Shown here one piece after another: positions 28,166 through 38,075 of a stretch of 64,000 nt of DNA (the first letter of the stretch is position 1; each line of letters opens with the position of its first letter). This stretch comes from an uncultured virus (IMG/VR IMGVR_UViG_3300021400_000318) (taxonomy: Duplodnaviria; Heunggongvirae; Uroviricota; Caudoviricetes), in the IMG/VR virus record IMGVR_UViG_3300021400_000318; one strand, 5' to 3'. The notes below the pieces were generated by a model. It worked only from the letters and a program-made list of their open reading frames with translations. It did no database searches and had not been told where the DNA came from. The position numbers and the translations under genes were made by a program.

Positions 28166-28766
28166 GATGATGTTCAATGAGAAGTACGGTCTGCAAAAGG
28201 CCGTACTATCTCGCACTAAGACCAAGACAAGACGTAACGGCAATAAGGTGGCCAAGAAGTATGCCGCTTATTGTGTTGCCAATGAAATGAAAGGGAACGA
28301 AGATTACCTTTCCCTTGAAGAGTATGCCATCAGCAAAAGCCCATTCAAGGTTGGCGATGTTGTTGCCATCCAACAGAGTTACAAGGAACTGTTGGAGGAA
28401 GAGTATATGCCAACGAGTATCGAGAATGAGGTCATCAGAATGGTCGAGCAGAATCATATCGGATGCACAAACAAGATGTATGTTAAGGCCGAGTTGATGC
28501 CTCACCATGTCCGTATAACGGAGGTAAGGTTTGAGCAGCTGAAATGTATCTCAAATGAAGAGTGCCTGGAGGAAGGTATCTACAGGAGAGACGATGTAAT
28601 AGATTGCAACATGAATCCTGTTGTCCGATACCAGTACTACGAAACTCCAGAAATGTTTTCCACTCCCAGAGACGCTTTCGCATCGCTCATTGACAAGATA
28701 AGCGGAAAAGGTACTTGGGAGAAGAATGAATATGTTTATGTCTATGGAATTGAAAGGATAGATTAG
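28158..28766 (+). CDS. ASCH/PUA-like domain protein
   Basis: FN....AVL...KTKTRR, NKMYVK, IT.VR.EQL..IS.EECL.EG, GTWEKN. Confidence 0.6.
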   Translation: MNKMMFNEKYGLQKAVLSRTKTKTRRNGNKVAKKYAAYCVANEMKGNEDYLSLEEYAISKSPFKVGDVVAIQQSYKELLEEEYMPTSIENEVIRMVEQNHIGCTNKMYVKAELMPHHVRITEVRFEQLKCISNEECLEEGIYRRDDVIDCNMNPVVRYQYYETPEMFSTPRDAFASLIDKISGKGTWEKNEYVYVYGIERID

Positions 28767-28768
28767 TT

Positions 28769-29230
28769 ATGAAGAGCAGTACAATAGTTGACGGTATAAA
28801 AGTACCTACAGAAGTAGAAGAGTTTTCTGACATCAGCACCATAGAAGTTGAGGTTGGAACAACAGGTTATAAGGGTGGAGATACAGGACATGGAGGCCGC
28901 ACGTATTTCCGCATCAAGGATTTGTGTGATACTGATATGCGTTGTGACTTTGAGCCTATAGGCACTGGCAACCATGTTGGAGAGGTCACGATCAGTTTTG
29001 GTGGTGATTCAGAATTGAACACCTTCATGGATGGACTGAGATTTGCGGCGGACAGTCTTGAAGGACAGGTCAATGGAAAGATGTCTGTGGAGCCTCGCTT
29101 CACCCATGAGGAAACGGCATTAATGCTCCAGATTATCCAGTCGAAACACTGTGTGCAGTTTCCGAATGAAATACGGAATGGTATTTTGAAGCGAATCAAG
29201 AGTAAACTCGAAAAACGTTACGAGGAATAA
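28769..29230 (+). CDS. hypothetical protein
   Basis: GTTGYKGGDTGHGGRTYF conserved-looking core. Confidence 0.6.
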   Translation: MKSSTIVDGIKVPTEVEEFSDISTIEVEVGTTGYKGGDTGHGGRTYFRIKDLCDTDMRCDFEPIGTGNHVGEVTISFGGDSELNTFMDGLRFAADSLEGQVNGKMSVEPRFTHEETALMLQIIQSKHCVQFPNEIRNGILKRIKSKLEKRYEE

Positions 29231-29235
29231 GAGAT

Positions 29236-29499
29236 ATGGATAAGGAAGCAAAGCGCATCTATAACCGCAAGTATTACGAAGGTCATAAAGGGCAAATTAA
29301 GGCCGCTCGCAGGCTTTTGTCCTACACCCCTACACCTGCAAGCATCGAGGCCCATCGTGAAGCCTCACGGAATTACTACAGGCGCAAGAAGGAAATGGAA
29401 ACTCCAGAGGAACGAGAAGCCAGACTTGCGAAACGAAGAGAGAAGTATAAAAAGGGTAAATCGTTACGCAATGTTAAGCCTCCAGAAGAATCATGTTAA
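29236..29499 (+). CDS. basic hypothetical protein
   Basis: 87 aa, K/R-rich. Confidence 0.45.
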   Translation: MDKEAKRIYNRKYYEGHKGQIKAARRLLSYTPTPASIEAHREASRNYYRRKKEMETPEEREARLAKRREKYKKGKSLRNVKPPEESC

Positions 29500-29532
29500 T
29501 CTTCTGTAATGTGCTGAAAATCAACAGATTTT

Positions 29533-29567
29533 TCGTTTTGATATTCAGAAATTTCGCAGTAACTTTG
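29533..29567 (+). promoter_or_regulatory. class I promoter
   Basis: tcgttttgatattcagaaa...taactttg. Confidence 0.8.
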
Positions 29568-29605
29568 CAACAGCATTTAAGTTAAACCCATAAAAGAAAA
29601 GAGCA

Positions 29606-29989
29606 ATGGATAAGTCAAAAGAAATTGAGATTCTGCAATCACTGAAAGGAGATACCTACTTTCAAGATTTCTTCGGAGCACACGACATCGACCAGATGTG
29701 CGAGAACATCAGAAACGACTTCGGTCTTGAATACTGCTGTCAGTTCTACAAGAAGGCCGCTATCTTCGAGCAGAAAGTTAAGGACGCTGAGAAGAAGGCA
29801 AAGGAGGATAAGCAGAACTTCATCAGAGACATCATTGACGGATTCGATGGTAATGTTCCGATGGAGATTTACGACCGTCTTGAAGCCGAGGTTGGAATCC
29901 TGTTTATCATCAACTGGAAACGAGACCAAGAGTATAAGCTGACTGACAAGGAAATCGACTGGCTGATAACTCTGGCCAACAAGAAGTAA
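29606..29989 (+). CDS. hypothetical early protein
   Basis: AGAGCAATG start. Confidence 0.65.
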   Translation: MDKSKEIEILQSLKGDTYFQDFFGAHDIDQMCENIRNDFGLEYCCQFYKKAAIFEQKVKDAEKKAKEDKQNFIRDIIDGFDGNVPMEIYDRLEAEVGILFIINWKRDQEYKLTDKEIDWLITLANKK

Positions 29990-30036
29990 AGGTAACGGGG
30001 AGGCCAACCACCTCCCCACCCTAAAAGATAAGAGCA

Positions 30037-30288
30037 ATGAAAATCGAAGAAAAGAAAATCAAGGATGGTGCCCGTGAGTACAAGTTTGACAACGGTGCAT
30101 GGGTGAAACTCGACATCGACGGAGAGTACGGTTCTTGGGAGTACCAAGAGGATGATGATGAGGAAACCTACATGGAAGGTGGAATCTGGTTTGACGGCAA
30201 GCATATTGAGGACTACGATGGCTGTTTTGAACTGCCAGAGGAAGTCAAGGTTGCATTGAAGGATTTGGGTTTCACCATGGATGATTGA
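30037..30288 (+). CDS. small acidic early protein
   Basis: AGAGCAATG start; D/E-rich, DYDGCFELP. Confidence 0.65.
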   Translation: MKIEEKKIKDGAREYKFDNGAWVKLDIDGEYGSWEYQEDDDEETYMEGGIWFDGKHIEDYDGCFELPEEVKVALKDLGFTMDD

Positions 30289-30290
30289 CT

Positions 30291-30581
30291 ATGGCCATGA
30301 CTACAGAAGAAACGAAGCAATCAGCATACCAGAGAATCAAGGAGCAACTTGACAAGTTGTTTGTTCCTGGTTCCATCCCCAATGTCAAAGCCTTCAAGAA
30401 GATTATCGCTGACCTCAGAAAACGTATCAAGTTACTTGAAGCAGGAACTCCCTTCTTTGCCTCTGGCATGGAAGATGTCTCTAAGGCTCAGTCGACAATC
30501 GCCAGACTGAGTGGTGAATTACAGGCATATCAAGAACGGTATGCCATGATACAGGAACGTTTAAAATCGAACGCAGTATGA
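30291..30581 (+). CDS. hypothetical coiled-coil protein
   Basis: Coupled ORF. Confidence 0.5.
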   Translation: MAMTTEETKQSAYQRIKEQLDKLFVPGSIPNVKAFKKIIADLRKRIKLLEAGTPFFASGMEDVSKAQSTIARLSGELQAYQERYAMIQERLKSNAV

Positions 30582-30793
30582 AGAAACCAGATGTTGAAGT
30601 AATCTTTGACCCAGAGCAGTTCAAGGGCCTCACGGCCAAATATATTGTGAGATTTATCAGAAAGAATGAGCGTACAGCCATTGTCGGTGACAAGTATGGT
30701 GTAGACAGACATATCATCCGTTATGCCACCGTAAAGGACTGGACCGAGTATAGAGAACATAATCCTTATTCTGAAACGTATGGAAGAAATTAA
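30578..30793 (+). CDS. hypothetical protein
   Basis: Overlapping start/stop coupling. Confidence 0.45.
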   Translation: MKKPDVEVIFDPEQFKGLTAKYIVRFIRKNERTAIVGDKYGVDRHIIRYATVKDWTEYREHNPYSETYGRN

Positions 30794-32396
30794 GTTGTTA
30801 TATATTGACCTGTTTTGTGGCGCAGGCGGCACGTCAACAGGTGTCGAGAAAGCCACCATCCACGGAGAGAAATGCGCCAAGGTGATAGCGTGTGTGAATC
30901 ACGATCCCAATGCGATAGCCTCACACGCTGCCAACCATCCAGAGGCAGTACACTTTACTGAGGATATAAGGACTTTAGAGTTATCACCCTTATTACTGCA
31001 CCTCCAGAAGAAAAAAGCCGAATATCCGAACGCATACGTAGTCCTATGGGCCTCGCTTGAATGCACTAACTTCAGCAAAGCAAAAGGTGGAATGCCAAGA
31101 GACGCAGACAGTCGTACTCTGGCTGAACATCTGTTCCGTTACATCGAAGCCATTGACCCAGACTATATCCAGATAGAGAATGTCGAGGAATTTATGTCTT
31201 GGGGAGATATGGATGAGTACGGCCATCCTATCAGCAAGGACAAAGGACGGCTGTATATGCGATGGATAGGCAATGTCAAGAAGCATGGCTATGATTATGC
31301 GTACAGGGTTCTCAATTCAGCAGACTATGGAGCCTACACCAGTCGTAAGCGTTTCTTCGGCCAGTTCGCCAAGAAGCACCTCCCTATCGCTTTTCCAGAA
31401 GCGACACACTCCAGAACAGGAGATAGCAACGGACTGTTTGGCTCGTATCAGAAATGGAAGCCAGTACGTGATGTCCTTGACTTCAAGGATGAAGGTGAAT
31501 CCATCTTTGGCAGGAAGAAGCCGTTGGTAGAGAAAACACTTGAACGCATCTATGCAGGACTGGTCAAGTTTGTCGCAGGAGGCAAGGAAGCGTATGATGC
31601 GTACATGATAAAGTACAACTCTATGAGCCAGAGAGGAACTTATCAGCCGCCAAGTATTGATGAGCCTTGTCCTACTGTTGCCACCCAGAACCGCCTTGGT
31701 GTAGTCAAAATATCGTACCTCTCCAAACAGTTCTCTGGAGAGCCAGAAAGTAAGAATATAAGCGTTGATGGCCCTGCAGGAGCGATAACGACTATCGACC
31801 ATCACGCTCTTGTCAGTGCGAGTTTCTTGGATATGCAGTATGGCAATGGCACTCCGTCATCAGTAGAACGCCCTGCACCAACCGCAACCACCAACCCGAA
31901 GTATCAGTTAGTGACAGCTGACCACTGGTTGATGGATACGTCCTTCAATAACTTTGGCAGTTCCATCGAAGAGCCATCCAGAGTTATCACAGCCAACAGG
32001 AAATGGCACTACCTTATGAATCCTCAGTTTGCCAGTAAGGGTGGCTCTGTGGATTCTCCTTGCTTCACTCTGATAGCGAGGATGGATAAGATGCCTCCGT
32101 ATCTCATCAGTACGGAAGAAGGTGTAGGTATCGAGGTCTATGATAGTGATAGTCCTATGACTGTCAAGATTAAGGAGTTCATGGCAGCGTATGGCATCTA
32201 TGACATCAAAATGCGGATGCTGAAAATCTCTGAGTTGAAGCGTATCATGGGTTTCCCTGTTGACTACGTATTGAAGGGCAGTCAGGCAGAACAGAAGAAG
32301 TTTATCGGCAATGCTGTAGAGGTAGGAATGGCCAGAGTGTTATGCGAAGCCCTCTGCTATCGCCTTGAAGATATTGAAAGGAGAAAGGCAGTATGA
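30780..32396 (+). CDS. DNA (cytosine-5)-methyltransferase
   Basis: IDLFCGAGG, SLECTNFS, IENVEEF, R.RFF, IGNAV motifs. Confidence 0.92.
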   Translation: MEEIKLLYIDLFCGAGGTSTGVEKATIHGEKCAKVIACVNHDPNAIASHAANHPEAVHFTEDIRTLELSPLLLHLQKKKAEYPNAYVVLWASLECTNFSKAKGGMPRDADSRTLAEHLFRYIEAIDPDYIQIENVEEFMSWGDMDEYGHPISKDKGRLYMRWIGNVKKHGYDYAYRVLNSADYGAYTSRKRFFGQFAKKHLPIAFPEATHSRTGDSNGLFGSYQKWKPVRDVLDFKDEGESIFGRKKPLVEKTLERIYAGLVKFVAGGKEAYDAYMIKYNSMSQRGTYQPPSIDEPCPTVATQNRLGVVKISYLSKQFSGEPESKNISVDGPAGAITTIDHHALVSASFLDMQYGNGTPSSVERPAPTATTNPKYQLVTADHWLMDTSFNNFGSSIEEPSRVITANRKWHYLMNPQFASKGGSVDSPCFTLIARMDKMPPYLISTEEGVGIEVYDSDSPMTVKIKEFMAAYGIYDIKMRMLKISELKRIMGFPVDYVLKGSQAEQKKFIGNAVEVGMARVLCEALCYRLEDIERRKAV

Positions 32397-32614
32397 TTAC
32401 GTATGTTCCTACAATACACCATAAGAGCCATCCAAAAGTGATGACATGCCCATTTGGTGAAAGAGACCTCCAGAATGATGAGTGTTATTCTGGTAATGGT
32501 CATAACAAATGCCCTTACTTCGTCCGTTACGAATGGTGTAATGAGCATGACGGTTGCGTTTCCTGCACCCATCCGCCCAAGCCAAAGTATATCGAATTGG
32601 GCCTATTTGGGTAG
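32393..32614 (+). CDS. Cys-rich hypothetical protein
   Basis: 73-aa coupled ORF. Confidence 0.45.
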   Translation: MITYVPTIHHKSHPKVMTCPFGERDLQNDECYSGNGHNKCPYFVRYEWCNEHDGCVSCTHPPKPKYIELGLFG

Positions 32615-32634
32615 TGAAACTCTCAAAAAGATTT

Positions 32635-32672
32635 AAAAGTATTTGTTTTTCAAAGAAATTTAACTATCTTTG
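32635..32672 (+). promoter_or_regulatory. class II promoter
   Basis: aaaagtatttgtttttcaaa...tatctttg. Confidence 0.75.
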
Positions 32673-32690
32673 CAGCAAAGTTACAGAACT

Positions 32691-33794
32691 ATGAAGTATG
32701 ACTATCTTATAGTAGGAGCCGGTCTATTCGGTTGCACCTTCGCTCGTTTGGCCACGAACGCAGGCAGAAAATGTATGGTAATTGACAGAAGGCCGCAATT
32801 CGGAGGTAATACGTATTGCGAAGAGATTGATGGAATCACCGTTCACAAGTACGGTCCTCATATCTTTCACACCTCTAATGAGGACGTTTACAGGTTTGTC
32901 ACCTCTCTGGTCAAGGTTGAGCCGTTCACAAACAGCCCCCTTGCTCGCTTTGGAGGAAAGTTGTACAACCTGCCGTTCAACATGAATACGTTCAATCAGA
33001 TGTGGGGTGTCACCACACCTGCCGAGGCAATGAACAAGATTAAGCGTCAGAGTTGGTTTGTAGGTGACATCGAGAATCTGAGAGATAAGGCAATCTCGCT
33101 CGTAGGAAAGGACATCTACAAGAAATTGATTAAGGGCTACACCGAAAAGCAGTGGGGAAAGAAATGCGTTGAACTCCCTGCATCCATCATTACTCGCCTA
33201 CCAGTCAGATTCACGTTCGACAACCGTTATTTTAATGACCGCTATGAGTTTATCCCTGTCGGGGGTTACAACACCCTAACCGATGCACTTCTGAGAGGTA
33301 TAGCGGCTGTACCTTGCGTTGACTTCTTTGATGCTAAGAGAGACGTGTTCGAAATGGCTGAGAAGGTTGTATTCACAGGAAGGATAGATCAGTTCTACGA
33401 CTACAGGTTTGGTGAACTCGAATATCGTTCCCTCCTGTTCAAAAGTAAAGTGCTCGACACAGATAACTTTCAAGGGAATGCAGTCATCAATGATACGAGT
33501 AAGAAGGTCAAGTACACCAGAGTTATTGAGCACCGCCATTTCCAACCTCCGAAGATGAATATCAATAAGACGGTTGTTACTTACGAATATCCTGCATCAG
33601 TCGAAGAAACAGGTGAACCGTACTACCCGATTAACGATGAAAGGAATACAGCCATCTATCAGCAATACAAGGCACTGGCCGATAAGGAAGAAAAAGTGTT
33701 GTTTGGTGGTAGACTGGCAGAGTACAGATATTATGATATGGACGATGTAATAGAATCAGCGATGAAGTTATGGAAATCAGAATTGAACCGATAG
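32691..33794 (+). CDS. glf: UDP-galactopyranose mutase
   Basis: YDYLIVGAGLFG, HKYGPHIFHT, GYTEKQWG, RLPVRFTFDNRYFND, EPYYP, GRLAEYRYYDMD. Confidence 0.95.
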   Translation: MKYDYLIVGAGLFGCTFARLATNAGRKCMVIDRRPQFGGNTYCEEIDGITVHKYGPHIFHTSNEDVYRFVTSLVKVEPFTNSPLARFGGKLYNLPFNMNTFNQMWGVTTPAEAMNKIKRQSWFVGDIENLRDKAISLVGKDIYKKLIKGYTEKQWGKKCVELPASIITRLPVRFTFDNRYFNDRYEFIPVGGYNTLTDALLRGIAAVPCVDFFDAKRDVFEMAEKVVFTGRIDQFYDYRFGELEYRSLLFKSKVLDTDNFQGNAVINDTSKKVKYTRVIEHRHFQPPKMNINKTVVTYEYPASVEETGEPYYPINDERNTAIYQQYKALADKEEKVLFGGRLAEYRYYDMDDVIESAMKLWKSELNR

Positions 33795-34273
33795 ACAGGA
33801 AACATGCGAAAGATACCTGGCAGTATAGGAACGACCCAGACATCTGGAAGTTCACGTCCTGCGATACTCCTTTGCCTGCAACTCTGAACACAGAAGAGCA
33901 GTGCTATATCTTTCGAGGGCAGGACCCAAAGAACAGAATGTATGCCATCATGGTAGATGGCGTGGCCGTAGGAGCTGTTACATTGAAGCAGATTGGCTTT
34001 GGGACAGCCGCCATCGGATATTATATTCTGATGAAAGAACTATGGGGAAACGGCATCTGCAAGGAAGCTGTTCGACAGGTCATGGAGATTGGCTTTGGCG
34101 AGTTGGATCTTGATTTGCTGTACCTCTGGGTACACTCGGATAATGTCGCATCGTTCAAGGTTGCTCGCTCCCTTGGATTCTATAGTGTGGCCATGTCTTT
34201 TACGAACATGAATGTGCATAGACTTGAAATGACAAAGACTGTATGGAAAAGCAAGAAAAACGAATTGAAGTAG
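33770..34273 (+). CDS. GNAT (RimJ/RimL-like) acetyltransferase
   Basis: IGYYI....WGNG, V...N.AS..V...LGF. Confidence 0.85.
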   Translation: MEIRIEPIDRKHAKDTWQYRNDPDIWKFTSCDTPLPATLNTEEQCYIFRGQDPKNRMYAIMVDGVAVGAVTLKQIGFGTAAIGYYILMKELWGNGICKEAVRQVMEIGFGELDLDLLYLWVHSDNVASFKVARSLGFYSVAMSFTNMNVHRLEMTKTVWKSKKNELK

Positions 34274-34857
34274 TAGAACTCAAAGTAAGCGAACTGAACT
34301 ATGAGTTTGAGAACCCACGTAAGCCTCTCACTCCAAAGCGCAAGCAGGCCTTGGAGGAATCTCTGGAGAAGTTAGGTGATTTCGGTGTCATCGTCATTGA
34401 TGAGAAGAATAGTATTCTCTCTGGCAACCAGAGAGTGAAGATACTCCTTTCTCTCGACCCGAACAGGAAGGTGCTCTGTAAGCGTCTCATTGGATATACC
34501 GATGGCGAGAAGAAAGCCGTAAACATCAAAGCCAACACCCATGCAGGTGAATGGGATATGAAGAAACTTGCCGAATGGACTGGCGACCTCCATATCGACC
34601 TCTCAACCGACTTGACCGTATTGAATACCAAGGAGCCAAAGATTAAGGACATGGAACTGATTCGGTACGAGAAGTATGACTACGTGATGATTGTCTGCAG
34701 GAACGAGGTTGACTATAACAACCTCATCCGTGCTCTCGGTATTGAGGATAAGAAAGTACTCATCGCTCATACCAGAGACAAGGACAGAAAGATTAAGGCA
34801 CGTGCCATCTGGTATGATGACATGAAAGCCCAGATTGTACCTAAAAAGAAGAAATGA
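34243..34857 (+). CDS. ParB/Srx-like N-terminal domain protein
   Basis: NPR, SLEKLG, IVIDE...ILSGNQRV, N..AGEWD. Confidence 0.8.
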   Translation: MEKQEKRIEVVELKVSELNYEFENPRKPLTPKRKQALEESLEKLGDFGVIVIDEKNSILSGNQRVKILLSLDPNRKVLCKRLIGYTDGEKKAVNIKANTHAGEWDMKKLAEWTGDLHIDLSTDLTVLNTKEPKIKDMELIRYEKYDYVMIVCRNEVDYNNLIRALGIEDKKVLIAHTRDKDRKIKARAIWYDDMKAQIVPKKKK

Positions 34858-35891
34858 TGAAAGACTTCAATGTTTTGTTTACGTGCTGTGCGAACCACTT
34901 CAAGGAGCGTGCTGACAGCCTAAGAGAGAACGAGGATGGCGTTAAGGTCGGTATCTATGCGGCCAACTGCAATCCAGATAATCTGCCGCCAGACGATTTG
35001 GTTGACGGAAACTTCATCGTACCACCCATCACGGCACCAGAGTACCTTGATAAGATACTCGCAATCTGTCTCAGTCACGGAATAGACATCATCATCCCGA
35101 CTGCTACTGTAGAGTTGCGGATGATGGCAGAGAACAAGGGATTCTTTGAGCGTCACGGTATCAAGGTGTCTGTAGCATCACCAGAGGCTATATCTGTCTT
35201 GAATGACAAAATGGCCTTACAGCGTGCCTACGGCTCTCTCATGCCCATCCAATCCACCCCAAAGACAATAGACGATTTAGCGGACTTCTACAGGCTTCTG
35301 CCGAAAGATTCTGGAGTTTGCTGCAAACTCTCTGACCATGCAGGAGGAAACGGCTTCGCCATTATTGATGATGAAAAGGCAACAGACATCACCCTGTTCA
35401 ACAAGTTCGGGGAGAATACGTATATCAGCAAGGCTACCCTTGCTCAGATTGTATTGAAGAATCCTGGTCGCATCATTGTGCAGGAGTATGTCAAAGGTAT
35501 TGACTTCTCTGTAAGTGTTCTGGCATGGAAAGGTGCTGTTACACATATTGTCGGCTATGCAGGCTACCAGATGAGTTATGGTGCTATCGTGAATGGAGAG
35601 ATACGCTACAACAGCAAGGCTTATGAGATAGCGACGAAGCTGACAAAGGAACTCGGTCTTGATGGTAACGCATGTTTCGACTTCCGCATCAAGGATGACG
35701 GAACGGTGGTGCTTCTGGAGGTAAACCCCAGAGTTAACGCCTCACTGCCATTCGTTTGGAAGGCAGGAGTGAATATGCTGTACCTCAGATGTAAAAATCT
35801 GTATGGTGATTACTCCGACATGTATCAGTACAACAATATCAAGTTTGGACTAAAAATGAAGAAGTATCATGGAAGCAGGTATTTCCTTTAA
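34854..35891 (+). CDS. ATP-grasp ligase
   Basis: DIIIPT..E, NDK, IVQEYVKG, LLEVNPR. Confidence 0.85.
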   Translation: MMKDFNVLFTCCANHFKERADSLRENEDGVKVGIYAANCNPDNLPPDDLVDGNFIVPPITAPEYLDKILAICLSHGIDIIIPTATVELRMMAENKGFFERHGIKVSVASPEAISVLNDKMALQRAYGSLMPIQSTPKTIDDLADFYRLLPKDSGVCCKLSDHAGGNGFAIIDDEKATDITLFNKFGENTYISKATLAQIVLKNPGRIIVQEYVKGIDFSVSVLAWKGAVTHIVGYAGYQMSYGAIVNGEIRYNSKAYEIATKLTKELGLDGNACFDFRIKDDGTVVLLEVNPRVNASLPFVWKAGVNMLYLRCKNLYGDYSDMYQYNNIKFGLKMKKYHGSRYFL

Positions 35892-36603
35892 CATCTATGT
35901 AATGTCCTACCAGAGATATGACCGCATCGTTACCCAGAACCTCTTCGAGTACTGTACGTATGTGGTCAGAGAGGAAGAGGCAGAGAAATACAGGGAGGCA
36001 GGAGTAAAGAACCTGCTCATCATTCCCAAGGACTGTCCTGTCTGGAACTTCATGGACACTCTCTGGTGGACGATCTGGAACACTCCAGAGGACGTTATCT
36101 TCATCGCAGACGATGACATCACTCGTTTCATCTACAGGATGAATAACTGGTTGGCAATAGATACCGCCAACTTCAACAATCCTGTTGAGACGGTGACGGC
36201 AGAGATAGAGCGCATCGCTCAGATTCTTGTTGACCTAAATTTGGGTCTGGCGTATGACGGACCACAGAAAACGCTCTTCGCCTATGACAGAGAATGGAAC
36301 TTCAAAGGAATGCCTGGTCACTGTCGGTGGGTGAACAAGAAGGCTCTCAAAGCCAAGTACGACTGCAAGGACATGGCCTCATCTGATATTGACATGGCCA
36401 TGCAGGAAATGTTGCTCAACCGCATCACCTTGCAGCCGAAGTATTTCCTGTCTGACGCAGGCCAGATGGAAACCAACGCAGGCGGTGAGACGAATACCAG
36501 AGAAGAGACATTCCAAGGCCGTCTGGCGATGGAGAACAAATGGGGTAAGTATTATCAGTATGATGTGCGCAAGAATCAAGCCAAAATCAACATAAAAAGG
36601 TAA
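35869..36603 (+). CDS. GT-A glycosyltransferase, GREB1/TET-associated (TAGT)-like
   Basis: IYVMSYQR, YVVREEE..KY, ADDDI, DID..MQ, N.GG, KWG pattern. Confidence 0.7.
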   Translation: MEAGISFNIYVMSYQRYDRIVTQNLFEYCTYVVREEEAEKYREAGVKNLLIIPKDCPVWNFMDTLWWTIWNTPEDVIFIADDDITRFIYRMNNWLAIDTANFNNPVETVTAEIERIAQILVDLNLGLAYDGPQKTLFAYDREWNFKGMPGHCRWVNKKALKAKYDCKDMASSDIDMAMQEMLLNRITLQPKYFLSDAGQMETNAGGETNTREETFQGRLAMENKWGKYYQYDVRKNQAKINIKR

Positions 36604-36693
36604 AAGAAATTTATTGCGTTAAACTTTGGTAACTATTTGGAAATCAGCTAATTATTTGGTAACTTTGCAAATAAAACCAATAAAGCAAAGAAT

Positions 36694-37695
36694 ATGATGA
36701 ACAAAGGTGGTTATACACGACATTCACACAATATGTTTGAGGTGTCAAGCCTCATTCAGAAAGCGTTAAGGCGTAGGGATGCCAATATGGCTTACTATGC
36801 CGCAAACGAGTTGATACCAAAGTACAGGAACTATCTCTGGAAGAGACTTCTCACTGTATCGGCAGAGGACTGTTTCGACATGATTACTGGCCGTATCGTT
36901 CAACTCCACACACATGACACCAACAAACAGGATGATAAGAACATCGCTGTTGCCGTTTCTACACTGTTGAACGCAAGAAAGAACAGGGATGCAGACTACT
37001 TCGCCTGCAACCTCTTGAACTCCAGAGACACGAAAGATATATCAATCTATTGTGAGGAACTTGTAGATGACAAGACGTGCGCATCCAAGAACGGACATTG
37101 TATGTTTGACCTCGCAATCTGTCTGAGAAACGCTATTGACGCAGGTGATGATGAGTATGCCGGCTATGCCTGCAATGAACTGTTGGTCTATTACAGGAAC
37201 TTCGCTTGGAAAACGCTCATCATGAAAGCAAAGGAAATGGGCTTCGAACCAGTGGTTGCAGAGGTACGTGCTTTAAAGGCCGCAGACGAGATAACAAAGC
37301 AGTCATCTATCCTCTACTATGCCAAAGCCTTAACAACGTTACTAAAAGTCCGCAAATGGCGTAATATCGAAAATTTCCTGCCATCCTTCATATACAATGA
37401 CAAGATAGACCTCAGAATGTTCGACAATGTGCAGTACCGTATACCAGATTACGTCTATGACTGTCATACCTATATTGGCAAGGTGAGAGGCCGCACGAAA
37501 CAGGAGTTTATCGTTGATGAGCAGGCCGCTCTCACTCCACATATACAGGGAGAGTACGATAACGCCAGTTGGTCACATTTCTTCTGGCTGTGCGAACACG
37601 GATTCTATCGGGAGGACTATACTCCGCATCCTGCCAAGGAGCGTATGAAGGAACTTGAAACAGGAACCGTACAACTAAATCTGTTTGGCGAATGA
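36694..37695 (+). CDS. MgsA/RarA C-terminal-like helical repeat protein
   Basis: SLIQKALRR, LWKRLLTVSAED, IPDYVYDCHT. Confidence 0.65.
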   Translation: MMNKGGYTRHSHNMFEVSSLIQKALRRRDANMAYYAANELIPKYRNYLWKRLLTVSAEDCFDMITGRIVQLHTHDTNKQDDKNIAVAVSTLLNARKNRDADYFACNLLNSRDTKDISIYCEELVDDKTCASKNGHCMFDLAICLRNAIDAGDDEYAGYACNELLVYYRNFAWKTLIMKAKEMGFEPVVAEVRALKAADEITKQSSILYYAKALTTLLKVRKWRNIENFLPSFIYNDKIDLRMFDNVQYRIPDYVYDCHTYIGKVRGRTKQEFIVDEQAALTPHIQGEYDNASWSHFFWLCEHGFYREDYTPHPAKERMKELETGTVQLNLFGE

Positions 37696-38075
37696 GAAAA
37701 GTATCAGATGCAGTAGCCGCCAAGTTGGCGGCAAAGACACAACGAAGGAAGAGTAAACTTCTGAAAGCCCTTGCCGAAAGCAAGGGTATCGTTGCGTATG
37801 CCTGCGAGGCTGCAGGTGTAAGCAGAAATACGTATTATGAGTGGCTGAAGAGTGATGATGATTTCAAGCAGAAAGCGGAAGAAATCACCGAAGCAACCCT
37901 TGACAGAGTTGAGGCTAAACTGCTGGAGGCTATCAATGATGAAAATTTAACAGCCATCATTTTCTATCTTAAAACGAAAGGCAGGAACAGAGGCTATGTA
38001 GAGAGGATAGAGAATGAGCACATGGGAAACGCTTTCGAGAAGCTGATGAAGGAATTGCCAGACGAAGAAGAATGA
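37692..38075 (+). CDS. terS: terminase small subunit (HTH)
   Basis: ACEAAGVSRNTYYEW, AIIFYLKTKGRNRGYVE; directly before terL. Confidence 0.85.
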   Translation: MRKVSDAVAAKLAAKTQRRKSKLLKALAESKGIVAYACEAAGVSRNTYYEWLKSDDDFKQKAEEITEATLDRVEAKLLEAINDENLTAIIFYLKTKGRNRGYVERIENEHMGNAFEKLMKELPDEEE

